NCBI GenBank assembly: GCA_035568195.1
Contig: DATMOQ010000151.1
Coordinates: forward strand, 1 to 33,645
Length of the DNA stretch: 33,645 nt
Source of the DNA: Gemmatimonadales bacterium
GTDB lineage: Bacteria; Gemmatimonadota; Gemmatimonadetes; Gemmatimonadales; GWC2-71-9
Direction of reading: 5' to 3'
Shown here: piece by piece, positions 8,932 through 18,037 of the stretch
How positions within the stretch are numbered: the first letter of the stretch is position 1
Layout of the letters: each line of letters begins with the position of its first letter
Position numbers and translations under genes: made by a program
The notes under the pieces: generated by a model
What the model saw: only the letters and a program-made list of their open reading frames with translations
Told to the model about the DNA's origin: nothing
Database searches by the model: none

Positions 8932-11066
8932 TGACTCCCGCCGGTCCCGCGCTCACCTGGGAAATCACGGACGGCATCGCCATCGTCACGTTCGATACGC
9001 CGGGCGCTTCGGTGAACGTGATCTCGGCGGCGGTCAAGGAAGAGGTGACCCGGGCGTTCGAGACACTCAAGACGGACGAGCGCGTCAAGGCGGTGGCGTT
9101 CTTCTCCGGCAAGCGCGACAACTTCATCGCCGGCGCCGACATCGAAGAGTTCGTCAAGCTCAGCACCACGGCTGAAGCGGAACAGCTCTCCGCTCAGGGG
9201 CAGCTGATGCTCGGCCGGATCGCCGACTTCCCCAAGCCCGTGGTGGCAGGGATCAACGGCGCCTGCGTGGGCGGCGGCCTTGAGTTCGCGCTCTGCTGTA
9301 CCTATCGGGTCGCGACCGACAACCCCAAGACGACGATCGGCCTGCCCGAAGTCACCCTGGGCATTCTTCCCGGCGCCGGCGGCTGCCAGCGACTTCCCAG
9401 GCTCATCGGCCTCCGCGCCGCGCTCGATATCATTCTGGCGGGGAAGACGGTGCCGGGAAAGAAGGCGCTTCAGCTCGGAATGATCGACGAGCTGGTGCCT
9501 CCTTCCATTCTCAGGCGCGTGACGCTCGATGCCGCGAAGAAGCTGGCCGGCGGGTGGCGGCCGCACCGCCGCCGGCCCGGCGGGTTGATGGGCTTTCTCC
9601 TCGACGGCAATCCGCTCGGCCGGCAGCTGGTGTTCCGGATGGCCCGGAAGAACATCGAGAAGCAGACCCACGGCAATTTCCCCGCGCCCCCCGCCGCGCT
9701 CGACACCGTGGAATACGGCCTCAAACACGGAATCACCGCCGGCCTGGCCCACGAGGCGAGAGGCTTCGGCCAGCTGGCGGTGACCGACGTCTCCCGGAAG
9801 CTGGTCCAGATCTTCTTCGCCACCAACGCGCTCAAGAAGGACCTGGGAATCGCCAATCCTCCCCCTCCCGTCGACGTGCGCCGCCTCGGCGTCGTCGGCT
9901 CGGGCTTCATGGGATCCGGGATCGCGGGCACGGCCGTCACCCAGGCCGGCATCGACGTGCGGCTCAAGGACGCGGATCTGGTGCACGTCTCGAAGGGCGT
10001 GGCGGCGGCCCGCGGCGTCATCGAGGAGCGGTACAAGAGGCGCCGGATCACCCGGTTCGATCGCACCCGGCTGCTCGCGCTGGTGTCGGGAGACGCTGCG
10101 TTCACGGGGTTCGGGCGCGCGGATCTCGTCATCGAAGCCGTCTTCGAAGACCTCAAGGTCAAGCAGCAGGTACTGCGGGAGGTCGAAGCGGTGATCCCGG
10201 CCGGGGCTGTCTTTGCCACCAACACGTCGACCATCCCCATCGCCGAGATCGCCGCCGCCTCGACGCGCCCGGGGCAGGTGATCGGCATGCATTTCTTCTC
10301 GCCGGTGCCCCGCATGCCGCTGCTCGAGGTCATCCCCTCCAAAGACACCTCCCCGGGGACCGTGAGCACGGCGGTGGCATTCGGTCGCCGCATGGGGAAG
10401 ACGCCGATCGTCGTGAAGGACAGCCCGGGCTTCTGGGTCAACCGGATCCTGGGGCCCTACATGAACGAGGCGGCCCACATCCTCCTGGGCGGAACGGCCA
10501 TCGAGGACATCGACCTGGCGCTGGTCCAGTTCGGCTTCCCGGTGGGGCCCATCACCCTCCTGGATGAGGTCGGGCTCGACGTGGCCGGGCATGCCTCGGA
10601 GGTGCTCTTCAAAGCCTTCGGCGACCGCCTCAAGCCCGCGCCCGCGCTCGAGGCGCTGATCAAGGCTGGTCGGCTGGGGCGAAAGGCCGGGAAGGGCTTC
10701 TACCGATATCAGGGTGGCAAGAAGCAGGGTGTCGATGAAGCGGTCTATCCACTCATCGGCGTACACCCCAACGGCGGCCCCCGCGCCGCCGAGATCGTGC
10801 AGCGGCTCACCCTCGCGATGGTGAACGAGGCCGCCCTGGCCCTCTCCGAAGGGGTGGTTCATTCCCCCTGGGACGGCGACATCGCCGCCATCTTCGGGTT
10901 CGGCTTCCCGCCCTTCCGCGGCGGACCCCTCCATTACGCCGACGACCTCGGCGCCGCGCGCGTCGTGGAAGACCTGGAGCGTCTGGCCGAGCGGCTGGGG
11001 TCGCGATTCACGCCCTGCGCGGCCTTGAAGGACCAGGCCCGGCGCGGCGGCACGTTCTACTCCTGA
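8931..11066 (+). CDS. fadJ: fatty-acid oxidation complex alpha subunit (enoyl-CoA hydratase / 3-hydroxyacyl-CoA dehydrogenase)
   Basis: ATG at 8931 overlaps the fadI stop by 1 nt (TGATG). About 711 aa. N-terminal crotonase fold (FIAGADI..., GACVGGGLEFAL). Central Rossmann motif VVGSGFMGSGIA. C-terminal 3HCDH domains. The fadI-fadJ gene order matches the E. coli fadIJ operon. Confidence 0.9.
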   Translation: MTPAGPALTWEITDGIAIVTFDTPGASVNVISAAVKEEVTRAFETLKTDERVKAVAFFSGKRDNFIAGADIEEFVKLSTTAEAEQLSAQGQLMLGRIADFPKPVVAGINGACVGGGLEFALCCTYRVATDNPKTTIGLPEVTLGILPGAGGCQRLPRLIGLRAALDIILAGKTVPGKKALQLGMIDELVPPSILRRVTLDAAKKLAGGWRPHRRRPGGLMGFLLDGNPLGRQLVFRMARKNIEKQTHGNFPAPPAALDTVEYGLKHGITAGLAHEARGFGQLAVTDVSRKLVQIFFATNALKKDLGIANPPPPVDVRRLGVVGSGFMGSGIAGTAVTQAGIDVRLKDADLVHVSKGVAAARGVIEERYKRRRITRFDRTRLLALVSGDAAFTGFGRADLVIEAVFEDLKVKQQVLREVEAVIPAGAVFATNTSTIPIAEIAAASTRPGQVIGMHFFSPVPRMPLLEVIPSKDTSPGTVSTAVAFGRRMGKTPIVVKDSPGFWVNRILGPYMNEAAHILLGGTAIEDIDLALVQFGFPVGPITLLDEVGLDVAGHASEVLFKAFGDRLKPAPALEALIKAGRLGRKAGKGFYRYQGGKKQGVDEAVYPLIGVHPNGGPRAAEIVQRLTLAMVNEAALALSEGVVHSPWDGDIAAIFGFGFPPFRGGPLHYADDLGAARVVEDLERLAERLGSRFTPCAALKDQARRGGTFYS

Positions 11067-11088
11067 TCAGCTAGGGGATTTCTCGACG

Positions 11089-12021
11089 ATGCTGCGCGCC
11101 GGCCTTCTCTGGCTCAGCGAGCAACCGCAGGTCTTTCGCTTCGTCCGCTCCAGCTCGCTGGCGCGGCGCTTTGCGTCCCGCTTCGTGGCGGGGGAGACCA
11201 TCGACACGGCCATCGCGGCCCTCAAGGACCTGAATGCCGCGAAGCTGTCCGCGAGCCTCGACCTCTTGGGGGAGTCGGTACACTCGGCGGACGAAGCCCG
11301 CGCCGCGCAGGCGAGCTACCTCGAGCTGCTCGATCGGATCAAGGGGTCCGGTGCCGACGCCAACGTTTCCGTCAAGCTCACGGCGATGGGGCTCGACATC
11401 GACGAGGGGCTGTGTCTCGCGAACCTGCGCTCCATCATCGGCCGGGCCAAGCAGTACCACTCCTTCGTGCGCCTCGACATGGAAGGCTCCGCCTACACCG
11501 AGCGCACGCTGGACCTGTTCACGCGCACCCTCTACCCCGAGTTCGGGCAGACGACCGGCGTGGTGCTGCAGTCCTACCTCCGCCGCACCGCCCGGGATGT
11601 GGACGCCATGATCGGTCTGGCGGCGCGGGTCCGGCTCTGCAAGGGCGCCTATATGGAGCCCGCGACGGTGGCGTTCCCCAACAAAGCGGACGTCGACGCC
11701 AACTACGTCGCCTGCATGGAACAGCTGATGGAGCGGGGGAATTATCCCGGGATCGCCACGCACGACGAGAAGATCATCGAGCACGCCAAGGAGTTCGCCC
11801 GCCGGAAGGGGATCGGCGCCGAGCGGTTCGAATTCCAGATGTTGTACGGGGTGCGCCGGGATCTTCAAGTCGCGCTCCGCCGCGATGGCTGGAACCTGCG
11901 GGTCTACGTCCCGTACGGGACCCACTGGTATCCGTACCTGATGCGGCGGCTGGCGGAGCGTCCGGCCAACCTGTGGTTCATCCTCGGCAACGTGATCAAG
12001 GAGTCGGTACGGAGGACGTAA
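11089..12021 (+). CDS. monofunctional proline dehydrogenase
   Basis: 310 aa. The motifs FVAGET...SLDLLGE...VSVKLTA...VRLDMEGS...VLQSYLRRT...VRLCKGAY...IATHD...EFQMLYGVR are typical of PutA-type PRODH TIM-barrel domains. Confidence 0.85.
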   Translation: MLRAGLLWLSEQPQVFRFVRSSSLARRFASRFVAGETIDTAIAALKDLNAAKLSASLDLLGESVHSADEARAAQASYLELLDRIKGSGADANVSVKLTAMGLDIDEGLCLANLRSIIGRAKQYHSFVRLDMEGSAYTERTLDLFTRTLYPEFGQTTGVVLQSYLRRTARDVDAMIGLAARVRLCKGAYMEPATVAFPNKADVDANYVACMEQLMERGNYPGIATHDEKIIEHAKEFARRKGIGAERFEFQMLYGVRRDLQVALRRDGWNLRVYVPYGTHWYPYLMRRLAERPANLWFILGNVIKESVRRT

Positions 12022-12326
12022 TGCCCCCGGACGGGACGCTGGGCGGGTACCAGCGCGTGCACCGGCGGGCGCCCGCATTCGGGGGCAGTGATGGACAGGC
12101 GTATACCGTTTCGACGTTCGTGGATGACGACCCCGATCCTGCGGGCCGCTTCGGCGCCGCCCTCCTCTTTATCCGCTGGTCCGCCGCCGGCGACCGCCCG
12201 GTGGGGCACATCGAGACCGACTATCTCGCCTTTGCCACCACTCCGGACGCGGCGGTCGCTCCGCTCCTCGAGCTGTCCCTCGAAGACGTGAAGGCCCATC
12301 TCGATCGACTGTTGGCCGCCTCATGA
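12021..12326 (+). CDS. hypothetical protein (101 aa)
   Basis: ATG at 12021 overlaps the PRODH stop (TAATG). Its own stop overlaps the rsgA start (ATGA). GC3 is high in this frame. I recognise no motif. The track ORF from 11412 is an out-of-frame extension through the PRODH gene. Confidence 0.55.
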   Translation: MPPDGTLGGYQRVHRRAPAFGGSDGQAYTVSTFVDDDPDPAGRFGAALLFIRWSAAGDRPVGHIETDYLAFATTPDAAVAPLLELSLEDVKAHLDRLLAAS

Positions 12327-13249
12327 GCACCGGTGTCGTCCTGGCGCGCGCGGGTGCGACGTTTCGGGTGCATGTGGAGGGTCGCGAAATCACCGCCACG
12401 CTCCGGGGCAAGCTCAAGCACAAGGACGACGACCGCGTGGTGGTGGGGGACATAGTGGAGCTGGACCTCGATGGCGAGGGCAACGGCGCCATCACGACCA
12501 TCCAGGAGCGACGGAGCGTGCTGGCGCGCCGGGCCGCCGGCGCGGGCGCGGGCCGGGCGCAGCCGATCGCCGCCAACGTGGATCAGGTACTGGTGGTGGT
12601 GTCGGCGCGGGATCCCGAGCCCACGCCCCGGATGATCGATCGCTTTCTGGTGATCGCCGAGGCGAATCAGCTGCCGGCGTTCGTGGTCGTGAACAAGATC
12701 GAGCTCGATCGGGGAGCCGGCCCGGCGCTCGCGGCGCGGTATCAGGCGGCGGAGTACCCGGTGCTGCTCACGTCCGTAAAGGCTCCCGAGGGGATCGAGC
12801 TGCTCGGGGAGCGACTGCGGGGGCGGGAGACGGTGCTGGCCGGGGCGTCCGGCGTGGGCAAGTCGAGTCTCCTCAATGCGCTCGAGCCGGGCCTGAAGCT
12901 CCGCATCGGCGCCATCAGCGAGAAGTGGCGGACCGGCAAGCACACCACCACCGCCGCGGAGCTGGTGCCGCTGGCCGCGGGCGGGTACGTGGTCGACACG
13001 CCGGGAATGCGGGAAGTGGGCGCCTGGGGAATCGCGCCGGCCGAGCTGGCGGCCTGCTTTCCGGAATTCCGACCCTTCCTGGGCCAATGCCGCTTCGACA
13101 ACTGCCGGCATCTGACCGAGCCGGCGTGCGCGGTCAAGCGGGCGGCGGAGGAGGGTGCCTTTCCCGCCGACCGCCTGGTGTCCTACGACAGGATCTACGA
13201 GGAGATCAACGTTCCTTCCTGGTCCAGCGGTCGGCGTCGCGGGTCCTGA
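12323..13249 (+). CDS. rsgA: ribosome small-subunit-dependent GTPase A
   Basis: N-terminal OB fold. Circularly permuted GTPase motifs NKIELD (G4) ... GASGVGKSSLLNAL (G1) ... DTPG (G3). C-terminal zinc knuckle CRFDNCRHLTEPACAV. Confidence 0.9.
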   Translation: MSTGVVLARAGATFRVHVEGREITATLRGKLKHKDDDRVVVGDIVELDLDGEGNGAITTIQERRSVLARRAAGAGAGRAQPIAANVDQVLVVVSARDPEPTPRMIDRFLVIAEANQLPAFVVVNKIELDRGAGPALAARYQAAEYPVLLTSVKAPEGIELLGERLRGRETVLAGASGVGKSSLLNALEPGLKLRIGAISEKWRTGKHTTTAAELVPLAAGGYVVDTPGMREVGAWGIAPAELAACFPEFRPFLGQCRFDNCRHLTEPACAVKRAAEEGAFPADRLVSYDRIYEEINVPSWSSGRRRGS

Positions 13250-13526
13250 CCTTCGCCATCGTGGCGGCGAAGGCGTTGTCTAGATCGATCTTCTGCGAGT
13301 TGGCGAGGCAAATCACCACAAAGAGGACGTCCCCGAGCTCCAGGGCCAGGTTCCCATCCGCTTCGCTGGGCTTCTTGGTCTTCTGACCGAACCCGTGATT
13401 GATCTCGCGCGCCACTTCGCCTACTTCTTCGGAGAGCCGTGCCAGATTGGTGAGCGGACTGAAATATCCTTCTTTATATTGGCTGATCCATTGATCCACC
13501 ACCGCCTGGGCCTCGCCAAAGGACAC
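13206..13526 (-). CDS. MazG-like nucleotide pyrophosphohydrolase (YpjD-type small MazG domain)
   Basis: The pattern AQAVVDQWI...Y...LARLSEEVGEVAREI...LELGDVLFVVICLAN matches the MazG EExxE/helix pattern. I prefer the GTG at 13526, which has GGAGG 4 nt upstream. The track start at 13640 would add 38 Arg/Pro-rich residues and overlap the DUF1015 gene. The 3' end overlaps the rsgA 3' end by 44 nt. Confidence 0.7.
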   Translation of the reverse strand: MSFGEAQAVVDQWISQYKEGYFSPLTNLARLSEEVGEVAREINHGFGQKTKKPSEADGNLALELGDVLFVVICLANSQKIDLDNAFAATMAKVRTRDADRWTRKER

Positions 13527-13540
13527 CGGAGCCTCCGTTC

Positions 13541-14779
13541 GTGACCGCTGCCAAACCGCTGGTGTCGCCGTTTCGCGGAGAGCGCTACGCGCGCCCGACG
13601 CTCGATGCGGTCCTGGCTCCTCCGTACGACGTGATTTCACCCGACGCCCGGAAGACGCTCGCGGCCCGCGATCCCCACAATATCGTGCACCTCATTCTCC
13701 CGGAAGCCGCGGTGGCGGAGGAGAAGTACGCGCAGGCGGCCCGGAGGCTCGGCGAATGGCGGAAAGCCGGTGCCCTGGCCGCCGATCCCGGTCCCTCGGT
13801 GTACGTCGTCGCGCAGGACTACACGCTTCCCTCGGGCGAGCGGCGCACCCGCGTGGGCATGCTGGCCGCGGTATCGGCTGAGCCGTACGACACTCGCCGG
13901 GTCCGGCCGCATGAGCGGACCCACAGCGGCCCCAAGGCCGATCGCCTCGCCCTGCTGAAAGAGACCCGGACCGGGCTCGAGTCGATTTTCCTGCTCGCCC
14001 CCGACGCGGACCGCGGTCTCACCAAGGCCCTGCTCGATGTGACCGGGACCCCTCCGGCGGCCCACGGGACGCTGGACGGCGTCGGCCACCGGCTCTGGGT
14101 GGTGACGGGAAAGGCCGGGGATGAGCTGGCGCGCCGGGCGTCCCTCGGGGCGCTGTACATCGCGGACGGGCATCACCGGTATGAGACGGCGGTCGCCTAC
14201 GCCAAGGAGAACCCCGCCGCCGACCGTCTCATGGCGTTCATTGTCTCCGCGCACGACCCGGGGCTCGTCGTCCTTCCCACGCATCGCGTGATCTACGGCG
14301 CGGGGCGGGAGGTCTCGCACCTGATCGAGCAGTGGAAGCTCTGGTTCGAGGTGACGCCGAGCGGACTGGTGGCGGATCCGGTGGCGCACCTGGCGCGCGT
14401 GGGAGCCGCCCGTCCCGCCTGCTTCGTCGCCCTCCCCGGAGACGGCCTGACGCTGGTGCTCCGGTCGAATGCGCCGCTCGACGACATACCGGGCCTGTCG
14501 ACCAGCCCCGCGCTCCGGTCCCTCGACGTCGCGGTGATCGAGCCGCTGGTGGTCAAACAGATACTCGGGGCCGGGACCTCGACGCCGACGCTCACCTACA
14601 CACCCGATGCCCAGGCGGCTCTCGACGCCGTCCGGAAGGGGCACGCGGCCGCGTCCGTGCTGCTCAACGCCACCAAGGTGTCGCAGGTGGTGGCGGTGGC
14701 CGATGCGGGCGAAGTGATGCCCCAGAAGTCCACGTACTTCGTGCCCAAGGTCCCGGCCGGGCTGGTTCTCAAGCCATGA
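13541..14779 (+). CDS. DUF1015 domain-containing protein
   Basis: 412 aa with a GTG start. The N-terminal PFRGERY...VLAPPYDVISPD and the internal YIADGHHRYETA motifs are as I recall for DUF1015. Confidence 0.8.
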   Translation: MTAAKPLVSPFRGERYARPTLDAVLAPPYDVISPDARKTLAARDPHNIVHLILPEAAVAEEKYAQAARRLGEWRKAGALAADPGPSVYVVAQDYTLPSGERRTRVGMLAAVSAEPYDTRRVRPHERTHSGPKADRLALLKETRTGLESIFLLAPDADRGLTKALLDVTGTPPAAHGTLDGVGHRLWVVTGKAGDELARRASLGALYIADGHHRYETAVAYAKENPAADRLMAFIVSAHDPGLVVLPTHRVIYGAGREVSHLIEQWKLWFEVTPSGLVADPVAHLARVGAARPACFVALPGDGLTLVLRSNAPLDDIPGLSTSPALRSLDVAVIEPLVVKQILGAGTSTPTLTYTPDAQAALDAVRKGHAAASVLLNATKVSQVVAVADAGEVMPQKSTYFVPKVPAGLVLKP

Positions 14780-15033
14780 GCCCCCGCCCGCGCGAGCGAA
14801 TCCTCGAGAATCTCGAATCGGTGTACCGCGAGGCATACGATCGCGCCCGCACCGCGGGCGACGAGCGCCGCATGGCCGATCTCGACGCGGCTTTCCAGCG
14901 GGAGCAGCTGCTCCTCGAAGTCCTCCTCGACATTCGCGACGGACTGGGTTCACGCGCCGCGGCTCCCGCCACGCCCGGGCCCGACCCCATCGCTGCTCTC
15001 GACACTATCCGCCGAATCACCAAGCTGCGGTAA
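14776..15033 (+). CDS. hypothetical small helical protein (85 aa)
   Basis: ATG at 14776 overlaps the DUF1015 stop (ATGA). GC3-rich. Predicted to be helical and charged. The stop TAA lies inside the AAGGAG ribosome-binding site of the next gene. Confidence 0.5.
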   Translation: MSPRPRERILENLESVYREAYDRARTAGDERRMADLDAAFQREQLLLEVLLDIRDGLGSRAAAPATPGPDPIAALDTIRRITKLR

Positions 15034-15043
15034 GGAGACGTTG

Positions 15044-16693
15044 ATGCGCCGGCTGTCCCTGCTGCTCCTGCTTCCCTTGTCCGCCTGCGCCCAGCGGGCC
15101 GATCTCGTCATCACGCACGGCATGGTCTGGACCGGCACGGGCAGCGGAGGCCCGGTGGCGGGGGGCGTCGCTATTGCCGGTGACAAGATCGTCGCCGTCG
15201 GCGACAGCGCCGCGCTCGCGCCCTTGGTCGGACCCGGCACCCGCATCCTGGACGCCCGGGGCGGCCTCATCGCTCCCGGGTTCAACGACGCCCACACCCA
15301 CTTCGTGGACGGCGGCTTCCAGCTCTCCTCGGTGGATCTCCGGACCGCCGCGACGCCGCAGGAGTTCGTGCGCCGGGTCGCCGCATTCGCGAAGACGCGC
15401 AGGCCGGGGGAATGGATCACCGGCGGTGACTGGGACCACACGCTCTGGCCGGGCCAGCCGCTCCCCCGTCGCGAGTGGATCGATTCGGTGACCCCCGACA
15501 ACCCGGTGTACATCTCCCGCCTGGACGGTCACGAAGCCCTGGCGAACACCGCCGCGCTCAAGGCGGCGAAAGTCACGAAGGACACGCCGACCCCCGCGGG
15601 GGGCGAGATCCTGCACGATGCCAGGACTGGCGAGCCTACCGGGATCTTCAAGGACAACGCGCTCGCGCTCATCGCACAGGCTGTTCCCGAGCCGTCTCCG
15701 GAGCGGCTCGATTCGGCGGTGGCGCGCGCCCAGGCGTACGCGGAATCTTTGGGCCTCACCGGGACGTCGTTCGTGTCCGTCCCCTTCGCCGACTGGGCCA
15801 GCCTCCGGCGGATGGAGCAAGCCGGCAAGCTGACGATGCGGTTCACGCTGTATCTCCCGCTCCCGGAGTGGCGAGCCGTGGCCGACTCCGTGAAGGCGCT
15901 CGGCGCCGGGGACGACTGGGTGCGCGTGGCAGGCGTGAAGGGGTTCATGGACGGGTCCGCGGGGGCGCGAACCGCGAAGTTCTACGAGCCCTATTCCGAT
16001 TCCGCCGGCTACACCGGCCTCTTCCGCTCTCCACCTGACAGCATGGCGAAGCGAATCGGCGCGGCCGATTCGGTGGGTCTCCAGGTTGCGGTCCATGCCA
16101 TCGGCGACGAGGCCAACGGCGTCCTGCTCGGCATCTACGACAGCGTGGGCAAAGCCCATGGCCCGCGCGACCGGCGGTTCCGCGTCGAGCACGCCCAGCA
16201 TCTTCGCGCCCAGGACATTCCCATGTTCGGTCGCGACGGCATCATCGCCTCGGTGCAGCCCTCCCACCTGACTGACGACGGGCGCTGGATCGAGCACCGG
16301 ATCGGACCGGAGCGAATCAAGACCACGTATCCCTTCCGCACGCTGCTCGACACGCACGCGGTGCTGGCGTTCGGATCGGACTGGGACGTGGCGACGCCCG
16401 ATCCGCTGAAGGGCATCGACGCGGCGGTGACGCGCCGGACCAACGACGGGAAGAACCCCAACGGCTGGATGCCGGCGGAGAAAATCACGCTCACTGAAGC
16501 CCTCCGCGCTTATACCTGGGGGAACGCGTACGCGGTGCATCGGGAGAAGGTGCGGGGCACGCTGGCGCCCGGCATGTACGGGGACGTCGTGGTCGTGGAC
16601 CGTAATCTGTTCGCCATTCCGGCCGATTCGATCGGGCAGGCCCACGTCCAGGTCACCGTGGTCGGCGGCAAGGTGGTGTTCGAGCGGCATTGA
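15044..16693 (+). CDS. amidohydrolase-family (YtcJ-like, Amidohydro_3) metal-dependent hydrolase, probable lipoprotein
   Basis: ATG at 15044 lies 6 nt after AAGGAG. The track start at 15041 is a TTG one codon upstream. Lipobox LLPLSAC. The motif GFNDAHTHF is the metal-binding HxH, followed by VAVHAIGD ... FRVEHAQH ... FGSDWDV. Confidence 0.85.
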   Translation: MRRLSLLLLLPLSACAQRADLVITHGMVWTGTGSGGPVAGGVAIAGDKIVAVGDSAALAPLVGPGTRILDARGGLIAPGFNDAHTHFVDGGFQLSSVDLRTAATPQEFVRRVAAFAKTRRPGEWITGGDWDHTLWPGQPLPRREWIDSVTPDNPVYISRLDGHEALANTAALKAAKVTKDTPTPAGGEILHDARTGEPTGIFKDNALALIAQAVPEPSPERLDSAVARAQAYAESLGLTGTSFVSVPFADWASLRRMEQAGKLTMRFTLYLPLPEWRAVADSVKALGAGDDWVRVAGVKGFMDGSAGARTAKFYEPYSDSAGYTGLFRSPPDSMAKRIGAADSVGLQVAVHAIGDEANGVLLGIYDSVGKAHGPRDRRFRVEHAQHLRAQDIPMFGRDGIIASVQPSHLTDDGRWIEHRIGPERIKTTYPFRTLLDTHAVLAFGSDWDVATPDPLKGIDAAVTRRTNDGKNPNGWMPAEKITLTEALRAYTWGNAYAVHREKVRGTLAPGMYGDVVVVDRNLFAIPADSIGQAHVQVTVVGGKVVFERH

Positions 16694-16722
16694 TTGCGGT
16701 GCAATGTGCAACGCCGAATTCA

Positions 16723-16754
16723 GCGGGCGCCGTGGGTGGCGCCCGTTCTGTTTT
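16723..16754 (+). terminator. rho-independent terminator after the amidohydrolase gene
   Basis: GCGGGCGCC-gtgggt-GGCGCCCGT: a 9-bp stem (one G-U pair) followed by TCTGTTTT. Confidence 0.65.
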
Positions 16755-16852
16755 GGAGCAGATTGGCATTTGGGCGTTTTGATCGGGAACGCCGCATGGA
16801 CGGCCCGGTTTGCCGCAAAACCGCCTATCGAAACTGCGCAGAGGATTGATCG

Positions 16853-18037
16853 ATGACCGTGCGTGCGATCGGATGCCTCGCCCTGCTTCTCACGACATCC
16901 GCTCCTCCGGTGCGGGCCCAGCAGGACAGCGTGGCCCGGCTCGAGGCACTGGTGAAGGGCGGCGACTCGCTCGACGCCGAGATCGAGTTCCGCCTGGGCC
17001 GGTTCTACGAATTCGCCCACCGATACGACGACGAGGAGCGCGCCTTCCGGACGGCGATCGCCGCGGACCCCCGCTACGCACCCGCGTACCTCTGGCTCGG
17101 CGACTTGCCTTATGTTCGTGAGCCGAAGCTGGTCAAGGCCGAGGCGAAGAACCGGGTCCCGCCCGAGTGGACGAAACCGCTTGACGACGCGGCCCGGCTT
17201 CGAGTCCAGGCGCTCCTGATCGACCCGCTCGTCGACTGGCGTGCCCGCGGCGAGAAGCCCATCCCCCAGGACCTGGTCTCCCTGCCGGAGTACAAGGGAT
17301 TCGAGAAGGAAACGACGGATGCGCTGGCGTGGCTCGGCGTCGCGGGATACGCCTACGAGCGCTACGAGCTGTCCTTCAGCGCGATGGACTTGTATTGGAG
17401 CCGCCGTTACAGCTCGAGCCCCGAGGATTCCGTCCCCGCGTGGGTGTTGATCTACCATGGCCTCGCCGCGGCCCACCTGAACGCCTACGACAAAGCGAGC
17501 AGCGACTTCGAAACTCTGTTCAAACGTGCGCAGACGGTGGAGCGCTCGGACTCACTCATCCACTTCCCACTCAACACCAACGACTTCCGGTACTTCCTGG
17601 CCGTCTTCAAGGAGCGTTTGCACAAGCCGGCGGAAGCGGTGCAGCTGTATGAGGACGCCATCAGTGCGGACCTGGGGATGTACATGGCGCACGTGCGTCT
17701 GGCGCAGATGTACCGCCAATACAAGATGTGGGACAAGGCGACGGCAGAAGCGCAGGCGGCCGTGGACGCCAATCCGGACGATGCATCGCTGCTCGTCGAC
17801 CTGGCCGCCATCGAGCATGACGCCGGGCGCCTGCCCGACGCGGCGGCCGCGCTCAAGAAGGCCCAATTCGTCGACGGACGCTGTCCCGAGATCAATTACC
17901 GTCTCGGCATCGTCTCGCAGGAGCTCGACCAGTCTGCCGCGGCCCGCGAGGCGTTCACGCGCTTCATCGCGATGGCCCCTCAACGTCTCGGACCCGAGGT
18001 GGATGATGCCAGGAAGCGCCTTGCCTCGCTGCAGTAG
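16853..18037 (+). CDS. TPR-repeat protein with signal peptide
   Basis: 394 aa. N-terminus MTVRAIGCLALLLTTSAPPVRAQ. Several A/Y/L-patterned 34-aa repeats, for example YDKASSDFETL, EAVQLYEDAISADLGMYMAHVRLAQMY and WDKATAEAQAAVDANPDD. Confidence 0.75.
   Translation: MTVRAIGCLALLLTTSAPPVRAQQDSVARLEALVKGGDSLDAEIEFRLGRFYEFAHRYDDEERAFRTAIAADPRYAPAYLWLGDLPYVREPKLVKAEAKNRVPPEWTKPLDDAARLRVQALLIDPLVDWRARGEKPIPQDLVSLPEYKGFEKETTDALAWLGVAGYAYERYELSFSAMDLYWSRRYSSSPEDSVPAWVLIYHGLAAAHLNAYDKASSDFETLFKRAQTVERSDSLIHFPLNTNDFRYFLAVFKERLHKPAEAVQLYEDAISADLGMYMAHVRLAQMYRQYKMWDKATAEAQAAVDANPDDASLLVDLAAIEHDAGRLPDAAAALKKAQFVDGRCPEINYRLGIVSQELDQSAAAREAFTRFIAMAPQRLGPEVDDARKRLASLQ

Noticed and set aside
8553-10934. 793-aa minus-strand ORF antisense to fadI and fadJ
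   Set aside because: Shadow ORF. The plus-strand FadI and FadJ are collinear with known enzymes. The other antisense or out-of-frame ORFs listed within 7633-8796, 9470-10441 and 9554-10567 are rejected for the same reason.
15017-17476. 819-aa minus-strand ORF spanning the amidohydrolase gene, the intergenic terminator region and the TPR gene
   Set aside because: It lies antisense to two well-supported genes. Its composition (Arg/Gly/His/Asp/Val-rich, low complexity) is that of a codon-complement shadow frame. Stop codons are simply rare in GC-rich DNA, and I recognise no motif in it.
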